The notes below the pieces were generated by a model. It had not been told where the DNA came from. It made no database searches and saw nothing but the letters and a program-made list of their open reading frames with translations. Of a stretch of 32,000 bases of DNA, positions 26,001 through 32,000 are shown piece after piece. Numbering within the stretch: position 1 is the stretch's first letter; every line of letters starts with the position of its first letter. This stretch comes from Candidatus Saccharimonadota bacterium. GTDB taxonomy: Bacteria > Patescibacteriota > Saccharimonadia > Saccharimonadales > UBA4665. The translations under genes were made by a program, and so were the position numbers. The stretch covers positions 540,001-572,000 of the forward strand of contig CP065016.1 of assembly GCA_016700375.1 (NCBI GenBank), read 5' to 3'.

Positions 26001-28601
26001 ACCCGTAAGATTACTGCCACTGACTGTACCTGTGGCAGAAATATTGCCAGTGACGTTCGTGTTATCTTGCAACTCTATGGTGCCAGCACTGTTGAGGACT
26101 ATGTTCCCACTAGTGGTAGTAGTAATGTTCAGGTTGTTGCTGGTGCTGTTCAGGGCGGTGGTGCCAAGGTTGACGGCTGAGAGATTGCTTAAGCTGGTGT
26201 TGGCACCGCTCAGAGTGCCCGAGCCGGCAATTGTCCAGTCAGCACCGTTCCAGATGAGGGTAACAGCGCTGGTTGGGTTCACGACGCTAGTGAGAGCACC
26301 GGCATTCATTGAGATAGTGAAGTTGTTGGTTGTGCTCGCATTGGTGATGTAGAACATACGGCCAGCGGTCGTAGAGGTTGGGTCTGGGATAGTGTAGGTG
26401 CGGGCAGCAACTGTTGGAGCGATTGAGGCCGCGGTATATATGTCGACCGTAGCAGCGGCGGTACCAATGGCACCGGCTGCGAGGTCACCCAGAGCCAGAG
26501 TGCCATTGAGCGTAGCACCGTTGTTAGTGAGAAGTTGGTTGGCGCCAACCAGGAGACCACCGTTGGCAGTAATAAGGCCAGAGAAGGTTGGGTTGTTGAC
26601 GACGCTTACAGTTGTGCTGCCACCAAGTGCAACACTGCCACCACCACTGAGGTTTGTACCGGCGGTGACGGTAAGACTAGAGTTCACAAGGTTAGCATTG
26701 GTAACGGTTGCAGAGCCAATGTCTGTACCAGAGACAGTGCCATCAAGGATGTTGGTGCTGGTCACACCACCCGTGCTAATGTCCCCGGTGGCAATAGTGC
26801 CATCAAGGATCATGGTAGAGGTAACCTTACCAGTGCCAATGGCGTAGGTTAGGGTATTGCCACTGACGGTACCAGTAACGTCACCAGCCGTGGCAGCATT
26901 GACCCAGTTCGTACCGTTGTAGACAAGCAGGTTGTTGGTAGCGAGTGAGGTGTAGGTTACCGTCTGACCGTTTATCTTTGCAACTGTTGGGTTTGGATAC
27001 GTGCCAGAAAGATCGCCACCAGCGCTACCACTCGGTGCACCGCCACAGGCTCCCCAGGTCGGTTGACCGGTACCGCCCGTACCGCTCTGGAGACATTGGC
27101 CAGCACTAACTGTAGTGCCACTGTAGACATACTTTGTACCATCGCTGTAGACAACACTGCCTGCTCCGCCAATGGCACCATTGTTGTTCGTACCACCGTT
27201 GGCTATGGGAAGAGTGCCGGTGAAGGTAATGTTACCAGCAGCAGACAGAGCAATGTTACCAGAAGCACTGACGGCGAGCGTACCAGAAGCGTCAGGCAGG
27301 GTGTAGGTTCGGGCAGCGGTGAGGTCAGCGTTGGTGATGGTACCGTCGAAGCGGGCAGCGCCAACATTTGCAGCCGCTATTAATATACGATCATACGCCG
27401 TATTGGCCGATGCAAGTGTCAGGCCATCTTGAAATGTTTTATTTCCAGCAAATGTCTGAGCGGCCGTACCGACAAGCCCGGGTTTGTCAACCTGGGCGGT
27501 TTGCATATATATAGACGTACCACTTATGACAGCGCCATCGTTTGACTTTGACTGCGAGTCAATGGTACCGACAGATGTTACCCCAGAACCACCGCCAGCA
27601 CAACTCCCGAAACTCAGCTGCCCTGCACCGTCAGTGAGAACACAATCACCGTTGCTGCCATTCGAAATCGGGAATGTAATGGTTCGGTTTGCGGCAGAAG
27701 CACCTGCTTTGAGAGTGGTCGTAAAGCCATTGCCAGCATGCAACACCATCTGCCCTTGGGTACTGGCGCTACCGACCGTCACTGTTGTGTTTGCTAGGAA
27801 CGTGTTTACTTGACCACTCCCTGATATGCGAAAACTGGCACTTTGGTCAGTGGCAGTTTGGTTCTGGATATAGCTAGCGTTTGCCGCCGAACCAGTCAAT
27901 AGCGTATACGTCCCCCCAGCTCCTTGGTCAGGAACCTGGAATATCTGGTTGCCACCGGTTGGTGCTTGGATGCTAAGGGTTGAGTTGAGTGCTCCTGATG
28001 TGGTCAGTAGCTGACTCGCCGTCTTAGCATTAAACGCATAGGGTACTGCGGTGAGCTTGAGTCTTGGGGACATCTCTCCGTCCCAGGTGGGAGTAGCGGT
28101 TTGGGTGGTACCACCAACGTTCATGGTGAGGTAGAGCTGTTGGTCCCAGGGCATCGTACCGGGGAAAGCTGTTTGGGAGCCAAGGTTAACGGTAACGTAG
28201 CCATTGGCTACTCGGACACGGTTGTCGTTACCTGCTGTACCACCATTGCTGTCGTAGTAGGTTTCAGTCCAGAGGAGAGCACCACCACTCAGGGCATCGT
28301 AGAGCTTGAACTGGATGTTGTAGTAGCCGTCTGGGGCAATGGCACCAGCAGCTGTTTCCAGACGAGCCTGGAAGTTTAGGTTGTCACTGGTGGCGGCATA
28401 CGCGTGTGGCACGCCTACGCCCCCGCGCGTGAGGAAAAACAGGGGGAGGAGGAGCAAGGTGAACACCAAAATTGTACGGATGGGCTGAGCGATAGCCTGT
28501 ACATTCTGCCACGAGCGGTACACTGACACGACAAATCCCCTGAGCGGTATACGCTTCAGGGTGCGCCGGAACAGTACGAGTTTTTTGCCCTGTCTATGCA
28601 T
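20037..28601 (-). CDS. 2854-aa secreted giant surface protein (tail-fibre-like repeats, parallel beta-helix, FN3-like module, glycine-rich C-terminal domain)
   Basis: Single uninterrupted ORF. The N-terminal hydrophobic segment IRTILVFTLLLLPLFFL is followed by PHAYA-AT, which is signal-peptide-like. Motifs LPIANGGTN, RTYTLPDASGT and G-x-C-L...W-G-x-C recur. PbH1-type 22-24-aa units occur (NTLTGNVAQGNANYGISVSSSS...). An FN3-like GATSYKVYR is present. The last 247 aa contain about 106 Gly. Confidence 0.9.
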   Translation of the reverse strand: MHRQGKKLVLFRRTLKRIPLRGFVVSVYRSWQNVQAIAQPIRTILVFTLLLLPLFFLTRGGVGVPHAYAATSDNLNFQARLETAAGAIAPDGYYNIQFKLYDALSGGALLWTETYYDSNGGTAGNDNRVRVANGYVTVNLGSQTAFPGTMPWDQQLYLTMNVGGTTQTATPTWDGEMSPRLKLTAVPYAFNAKTASQLLTTSGALNSTLSIQAPTGGNQIFQVPDQGAGGTYTLLTGSAANASYIQNQTATDQSASFRISGSGQVNTFLANTTVTVGSASTQGQMVLHAGNGFTTTLKAGASAANRTITFPISNGSNGDCVLTDGAGQLSFGSCAGGGSGVTSVGTIDSQSKSNDGAVISGTSIYMQTAQVDKPGLVGTAAQTFAGNKTFQDGLTLASANTAYDRILIAAANVGAARFDGTITNADLTAARTYTLPDASGTLAVSASGNIALSAAGNITFTGTLPIANGGTNNNGAIGGAGSVVYSDGTKYVYSGTTVSAGQCLQSGTGGTGQPTWGACGGAPSGSAGGDLSGTYPNPTVAKINGQTVTYTSLATNNLLVYNGTNWVNAATAGDVTGTVSGNTLTYAIGTGKVTSTMILDGTIATGDISTGGVTSTNILDGTVSGTDIGSATVTNANLVNSSLTVTAGTNLSGGGSVALGGSTTVSVVNNPTFSGLITANGGLLVGANQLLTNNGATLNGTLALGDLAAGAIGTAAATVDIYTAASIAPTVAARTYTIPDPTSTTAGRMFYITNASTTNNFTISMNAGALTSVVNPTSAVTLIWNGADWTIAGSGTLSGANTSLSNLSAVNLGTTALNSTSNNLNITTTTSGNIVLNSAGTIELQDNTNVTGNISATGTVSGSNLTGTNTGDVTVSGQNYLSLTGQAITANQINLTTNVTGTLPIANGGTNATTAQGAINNLSGLTTNGDLLYHNGTNSTRLARGTNGQCLTSNATTIQWGSCGITAEADTLATVTGRGATTTTASSFQGGATIRTLTVDTATATDDLISVAVTTGGAGRFTGTITNADLTANRTWTFPDVSGTVITTGNTTSITSVGTIATGTWQGTAVGAAYGGTGITSYTTGDLIYASGATTLSKLAAVASGSCLISNGVGVAPSWGSCGISAEADTLQTVTNRGATTTVASSFTGGATIRGITVDTATGTQDRILISAAAVGAARFDGTITNADLTAARIYTLPDASGTLAVSASGNIALSAAGNITFTGTLPIANGGTNNNGAIGGAGSVVYSDGTKYVYSGTTVSAGQCLQSGTGGTGQPTWGACGGAPSGSAGGDLSGTYPNPTVAKINGQTVTYTSLATNNLLVYNGTNWANAATAGDVTGTVSGNTLTYAIGTGKVTSTMILDGTIATGDISTGGVTSTNILDGTVSGTDIGSATVTNANLVNSSLTVTAGTNLSGGGSVALGGSTTVSVVNNPTFSGLITANGGLLVGANQLLTNNGATLNGTLALGDLAAGAIGTAAATVDIYTAASIAPTVAARTYTIPDPTSTTAGRMFYITNASTTNNFTISMNAGALTSVVNPTSAVTLIWNGADWTIAGSGTLSGANTSLSNLASTNINTALNTTAGNLTLQTTTSGNININPAATGVINLQNNTVLAAGKSITITGGNTASRPASPTDGMLYYDTDTKQLLVYNATLTKWQADKSEAILVAASNSSASDKAAADYLGDGNTGAAADGDQVQINQALTAATGKKVVLLAGTYTIDSSISVPNNTTLSGIGQGTLITIPNALNVNFSAIINTDQTTGTNVTLRDLKLDGNKANQSGFVGMAGIDFFNMGGGSGASARQGARISNVQANNWYASGGSNCQNGNGICLRSSSNNVLTSNTTQGNSVNGIYLGSSSYNTLTGNVAQGNANYGISVSSSSSYNTLTGNVAQGNTNYGIFLSTSSNNTITGNTAQGNNYGLTISSSSNNNTITGNTAQGNNYGLTISSSSNNTLTGNTAQGNSIQGIELSSSNNNTLTGNTIYGNSNYGIYITTSSNNTVGANKFHDNNGATANNAIYINNSSSNTITSNDITDTSCTGTCYAISIIDSGSTNNYLASNTFSGTAANTATINDAGTGTRYSNQMDGAGNLINKGMGALTVGTSTVSGTLSLQGGLTAAALPTPSAPTITTGGTAGSTTYSYTITALDGVGETIASSAGSTATGNATLTAGNYTIITWNSISGATSYKVYRTVGGATQGLITTVTTKLGATQTTNDTGLAASGSSPTTNTTGSATFTGTIQGGSSLTLGTASTTNGTLVLRNSTNANTVTLQTGTTSSSYSLVLPTAVGTTGQCLSTTVAGSTSTLGWSGCAPATGGAGYIQNATTTQTSANFNIQSTAVGSVTAVVKQLGSQTADLLQFQNSSATATIKINTDGNLLAGGVATATTGTTEATARTNVTAITLTTDAFSVNDVIFFNNAGQDYYTRVTVDNANGTYTVSPAVSYDASITVTKYTIQNIGATTTDYTTQGNRFFQGYFTGGVVTGAGSTIYSDGVISASPGLTIKNPSDTTTAFQVQNGSGTNVLNINTSGNIITVGAVDATATVLVLDTKNTSGDPTCTNGGMYYNSNANQFRFCQNGTWVGMQAGVDVQVYSTVGANTWTKPSGVSAVLVIMCGGGGGGSGGQNIGLAAGGGGGGGAHVERMFVAADLTATVTATVGSSGSAGTAGSGAGGAGGASTFGGYAFAGGGTGGNTSGVGGGGGSTISGQTATSNADALGGQGASNGTPGYNAEYGGGGGGNKAGAGANGGTGGSAGYGAGGGGGGTTSGFVGGSGGKSGSYTAGGGGAGGTNAPGTAGSTATSAACGSGGGGGSSNGNAGGAGGAGGGGGGGGGAHSYGAGGAGGAGGVGKIWVISW
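22690..23050. repeat. DNA-level tandem units of 66, 69 and 72 bp encoding parallel beta-helix turns
   Basis: attcccctgcgcagtgttaccggtga recurs at about 22716, 22782 and 22851. gataccataattggNattcccttgagcaacattgccagtgagggtgttatagctggaggag recurs at 22905 and 22977. Confidence 0.85.
23899..25079. repeat. intragenic direct repeat, copy A (1181 bp)
   Basis: Aligns base-for-base with 26185..27365 at a constant offset of 2286 bp. I count about 22 mismatches by hand. Confidence 0.9.
26185..27365. repeat. intragenic direct repeat, copy B (1181 bp)
   Basis: See copy A. The encoded segments of about 393 aa differ at only two residues (V/A in NW[VA]NAAT, T/I in AAR[TI]YTLPD). Confidence 0.9.
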
Positions 28602-28896
28602 AGCTTCTTTTGTTTTGGTTTTTGAGAGTTTTTGTTTGTATCAGTTTGTTTTGTTTTGCCGATACGTAGCTAATTGTGCGCGTCTTTTGCTACAAAAACA
28701 AGACAGCTTAGGCCTATTCTCTAAAGCAACAGAATGGGGAGGTTTTATGTATGCAATTCATATCAATATGTTATTATAAATACAGCAGAATACCTTAAAA
28801 TAGTGTAAAAATGTTGTTATTTTACCTCATATATTTGTTCCTTGAAATCAATTTAGAGTTGTTAAAATATCAACAATAGTAATAATACTGTCCAGG

Positions 28897-28905
28897 TTAT
28901 CCACA
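28897..28905 (+). promoter_or_regulatory. second perfect DnaA-box 9-mer in the AT-rich region upstream of the giant gene
   Basis: TTATCCACA in context CCAGGTTATCCACAGG. The other copy reads CCAGTTATCCACAGT. Confidence 0.3.
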
Positions 28906-28917
28906 GGCATACATACC

Positions 28918-29691
28918 TCACTGCAGGCTTTGAATGTACACCACCCAGTCTGTATTTGGCAGTGTCTTGGTGCTCTGTATAAACATAAGCATTTTGTCAC
29001 TTACGAGCATCATTCGCTGCGTGTTTGCGTCTTCACTACTTGATATGTAGACCGCCCCTAGGGTGGTCGTAAATGTATCATTTGCACCTATGCTAGTTGC
29101 AAGCTCGCGCACAGCTGTTTTACTGGTTTTGAGTTTTTCTGGTACGGCCTGTTGGTCAACAGTGAGGTTTGCACCTTTATAGGAGTCATAGAAAGAGTAT
29201 AGTTTTTTTGCCTCATCATACTTTGGCGGTGTTGCCGTCACCTTCCCGGCCACAAGCTGAACCGATTGCAACGGTTTATACCCCAACTCGGCCTGTACGA
29301 TTGTGGGTGCTTTCGGTGTTGGTGCTGACTTTTGTGTCGCGCCAAGGAGCATCTTTCCCCCAAAAATACCGACAAACACTACTACAGCCGCAAGCAACCA
29401 TGGCCGCAGCCGAGCAAACGGGATACGGGGGACATGCAATTGCGGCATATGAATTTGGATAGATACAGTCGGCTGTTCGCCATGTTTCGGCGGCAGCACC
29501 TCCGACCGCCGCAGACGACGTTTCACCTGGGATGCAGTAAATCCCTCTGTGGATTTCACTTGGGATGGCGAGGTGTGGCGTATGGCCTTCGTTGGGGGCT
29601 GGTCAGGAGATGTGTCATCACGCAGCCACGCCGGCAGCGCATCGTCATCGTCGAAATCAATCGTTTTAAACTTACCGACGTCCATAGACAC
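28918..29691 (-). CDS. single-pass membrane protein, paralog of 18043..18555
   Basis: An acidic or basic cytoplasmic N-terminus of about 95 aa, then the TM segment WLLAAVVVFVGIFGGKMLL. The extracytoplasmic domain shares motifs with the 170-aa paralog. It starts 6 nt after the Kelch-like gene stop. Confidence 0.75.
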   Translation of the reverse strand: MSMDVGKFKTIDFDDDDALPAWLRDDTSPDQPPTKAIRHTSPSQVKSTEGFTASQVKRRLRRSEVLPPKHGEQPTVSIQIHMPQLHVPRIPFARLRPWLLAAVVVFVGIFGGKMLLGATQKSAPTPKAPTIVQAELGYKPLQSVQLVAGKVTATPPKYDEAKKLYSFYDSYKGANLTVDQQAVPEKLKTSKTAVRELATSIGANDTFTTTLGAVYISSSEDANTQRMMLVSDKMLMFIQSTKTLPNTDWVVYIQSLQ

Positions 29692-29697
29692 TCCTCA

Positions 29698-32000
29698 TCA
29701 TGGTAACGGACAGTTGTAGTTCGGATCACCGGGCGATGCGCTCCCACGGCGGCACGGGGTGTCGAGCGGCTGCTGCTCACCGCCGGTAAATGTTTTTCCG
29801 TGCAGCATACGCTTGCTGGGGTCGGCCGTGTAAAACAACGAAAGGTCGGTGATAGTTGGCCCGCGCGTGACGTCCTCTGGATAGCCAAAGGCCTGCGAGC
29901 TATCGATATTGACCGAGAAGTAGTAGTAGCGTGCGCAGTTTGTGTTTGTGCCACTCCCATCACGAGGAACTAACGTGCCAACATTCCCCAGCGTGACCTC
30001 GCCGTGATTATACTCCTGCCCCCATGTGGTCATATCGACCACGCAATCGGCCGTCACGCCATCTATGTCTGTCATACTCCGGTAGCGGAGGTACCAACGT
30101 GCGCCAGTCGAGTTATCGACACCATTCAAAAGCCAGCTGTTTGGAAATACATCTGTGTCGGTATCTATCATGCGCGAATACTTTGCAACTTGCGGCTGTG
30201 ATTTTATGGACGAATAGAAATGCCTGCCACTGCTGAGCGGTGCCGTACAGCCACCACCCATAACAACTATTTTGCCGCCCACATAGGAAACCGCCGCACC
30301 GTATCTGTCGCCGCTGTAGCGTTTATTTGTTTCATACCAGTCGCCAATGCCAGTTGGGTTATTGCCGCTCGCCACCGTTGTGTTGGCGCTGATGGGTGTC
30401 ACGAGCGTATTTGGCGCACAGGTACTGGCGGCCGAGCGGCCAGCTACCAAATAGAGATAGCCATTGGCGGCAAAGCCCTCAGCTTCACTGATTGGCCCCG
30501 GAAGGCTTGTCGTAAACGTCCATGCGTCGACCGTTCCGTCGCTGTTAATCTGGGTAAACTGTGCATCATTAAAATACTGGGTACCATTGTTGCCGCCAAA
30601 AGTGTACAAATTATTGGCATACGCTACCACTGTGTTACCACGCCGAGCAACATCTGGCACGTCTGTGTCTTGCGCCCAGCTATCGGCCGCAATATTGCCG
30701 CCGCTACTCAGCTGCGGGCTTATGTAGACCGTGTTGGTGTTCGCAGCGCTACCATCTAAGCCTCCGACAACATATATGCGGTTGTTCCATACCGCCGCGC
30801 CGAATCGAGTCCTGGCTTGTGCAGCTTGTGCAGCTGTATCACCTATACCTCCTGAAGCGGTTGACCAAGCTGTGGCAATGTCTCCCGAGGAAAAACTATT
30901 TGCATAGAACACAGTCGATTGCTCGTTAGTGGCTGTGTCGTCTTGACCACCAAGATAGTACAGGTTTCCACCGGCAACCTCCAGTTGCCCCCAAGTTCTA
31001 TCAAACGGCAGACCATTTGTGGCCGATGCCCATGTACCAATTGTTCCATTCGATGTATCGATTGGCGCGTACTGCACGTTACTGGTTGCATTTGTACAGT
31101 CCGTCGCACTAATACAACCGCCCGCCACATATATATAGCCATTCAACACAGCCGAGCTTGCACCCCACCGATCGGTATCGGCCGCAAACGTGTCATCTGA
31201 CAGCGCCGTGTAATCTACCGGCGCACCACTATCGTTATTGTAAAGCTGGAATGTCTGAATCTCTGGCTGCATACTCGTGCAGCCAGCCGGTGCCGCCCCT
31301 GCCGCACAACCGCCAATAGCATAGACATAGCCATTACCCACAATAGCACGCAAATCCCAGCGAGGTGTCACTACCACACCAGAGCTATCAAACGTGCCCA
31401 TATCTCCTGTTGTCACGTCTATTTTTGCAAACAAAAGGTCTTGAAGCGAGGCAGTGCCGCTATACCCAGCAAGCGAATATATGTACCCGTTGTACCCAAA
31501 AGCCACGGCGCGTCGGCGCACAGGATCCATGAGCCCTGTCGTAAATTTCCAACTGCCTGTTGATAGACCCGTTGTATTATCGACAATGTTATTGCTATCA
31601 TCAATTTTTGCGTATATGGTGTCGCGACGGTTTGCGGCAAAGTTGGGGCCACATGGATAGTTATCGTCACCGGTTCCCCCAGCATTAATAACCGAGCACG
31701 AGCCACCAACAAGGTAAATTCGATTTGCATATATTGTACCAGCCATTAGGCCAAGCCCCTGAGAACCAGTGTTGAGATTATCGGCGTCAATTTGAAGCTG
31801 ACCTGCGGTATCACAGTCAGTCGCATTGGCCTCTTCCAATGCCCCGCTGGTCATAATATTACACTTATATACTTCTGTGAAATACGTGCTACAACCTATG
31901 CCATCATCACCTGTGCCCCCACCAGCTATATAACATCCGCCCAACACATACAGGTTGCCCGGGTAGGTTGCCGCATTGGCTGGGTTAGACCTGGTAAAAC
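29698..32000 (-). CDS. Kelch-repeat-like beta-propeller protein, at least 767 aa (5' end beyond the right window edge)
   Basis: At least 10 blade signatures: GNLYVLGG (at the edge), NRIYLVGG, GYIYSLAG, GYVYAIGG, GYIYVAGG, GNLYYLGG, NRIYVVGG, NNLYTFGG, GYLYLVAG, GKIVVMGG. The track's start at 31947 is a TTG. The frame stays open to position 32000 (..FTRSNPANAATYPGNLYVLGGCYIAGGG), so the gene is truncated by the window. Confidence 0.85.
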   Translation of the reverse strand, partial: FTRSNPANAATYPGNLYVLGGCYIAGGGTGDDGIGCSTYFTEVYKCNIMTSGALEEANATDCDTAGQLQIDADNLNTGSQGLGLMAGTIYANRIYLVGGSCSVINAGGTGDDNYPCGPNFAANRRDTIYAKIDDSNNIVDNTTGLSTGSWKFTTGLMDPVRRRAVAFGYNGYIYSLAGYSGTASLQDLLFAKIDVTTGDMGTFDSSGVVVTPRWDLRAIVGNGYVYAIGGCAAGAAPAGCTSMQPEIQTFQLYNNDSGAPVDYTALSDDTFAADTDRWGASSAVLNGYIYVAGGCISATDCTNATSNVQYAPIDTSNGTIGTWASATNGLPFDRTWGQLEVAGGNLYYLGGQDDTATNEQSTVFYANSFSSGDIATAWSTASGGIGDTAAQAAQARTRFGAAVWNNRIYVVGGLDGSAANTNTVYISPQLSSGGNIAADSWAQDTDVPDVARRGNTVVAYANNLYTFGGNNGTQYFNDAQFTQINSDGTVDAWTFTTSLPGPISEAEGFAANGYLYLVAGRSAASTCAPNTLVTPISANTTVASGNNPTGIGDWYETNKRYSGDRYGAAVSYVGGKIVVMGGGCTAPLSSGRHFYSSIKSQPQVAKYSRMIDTDTDVFPNSWLLNGVDNSTGARWYLRYRSMTDIDGVTADCVVDMTTWGQEYNHGEVTLGNVGTLVPRDGSGTNTNCARYYYFSVNIDSSQAFGYPEDVTRGPTITDLSLFYTADPSKRMLHGKTFTGGEQQPLDTPCRRGSASPGDPNYNCPLP

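Noticed and set aside
23899-27365. Possibility that the two near-identical repeats are a diversity-generating retroelement template/variable pair
   Set aside because: The repeats are 1.18 kb rather than about 0.1 kb. Mismatches are mostly synonymous transitions not confined to adenines of one copy. No reverse transcriptase ORF is in the window.
19967-28400. Dozens of 60-240-aa ORFs on both strands inside the giant gene (for example 20103..20459 +, 19967..20446 -, 22700..23287 -, 25107..25835 +, 24112..24561 +)
   Set aside because: They are by-products of the Gly/Thr/Ala-rich repetitive codon usage, which has few stop-prone triplets in any frame. They duplicate exactly with the 2286-bp repeat and have low-complexity translations. 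The 2854-aa frame explains the whole region.
1-32000. Alternative genetic code (UGA recoding, as in some candidate-phyla bacteria)
   Set aside because: TGA terminates well-defined genes at the expected lengths (prfA at 6775-6777, phd at 7691-7693, vapC at 8083-8085), so the standard bacterial code fits.

Overview
This is a gene-dense bacterial chromosome segment using the standard genetic code (TGA ends prfA and the phd-like gene). All calls rest on motif reading of the supplied translations; no database search was possible. The left 17 kb holds core housekeeping genes: frr (partial), tsf, rpsB, rpmE, prfA, prmC, an LCP-membrane protein-HtrA envelope operon, lepB, and parB-parA. Three small accessory insertions interrupt these conserved neighbourhoods. 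A RelE/RHH toxin-antitoxin pair plus a 180-aa orphan sits between tsf and frr. A 629-aa orphan sits between rpsB and rpmE. A 3.6-kb block with a Phd/VapC pair, a lipoprotein, two orphans and a TrmB-like regulator sits between prfA and prmC. An 800-bp non-coding region next to parA carries a perfect DnaA box inside an 11-bp inverted repeat. The right 14 kb is the unusual part, a cluster entirely on the minus strand. It contains a multi-blade Kelch-like protein running off the right edge and a single-pass membrane protein. It also contains a 2854-aa secreted mosaic protein with tail-fibre-like modules, a parallel beta-helix, an FN3-like module and a roughly 43% glycine C-terminal domain. A second single-pass membrane protein, paralogous to the first, closes the cluster. 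A roughly 1.08-kb IS element with a frameshifted DDE transposase sits between the giant gene and this second paralog. The giant gene holds two 1181-bp direct repeats that are about 98% identical and differ almost only at synonymous sites. I found no rRNA, tRNA, CRISPR array or reverse transcriptase. The short EF-Ts, small proteins and giant surface protein suggest a small-genome Patescibacteria or Saccharibacteria-like lineage, but that is inference only.
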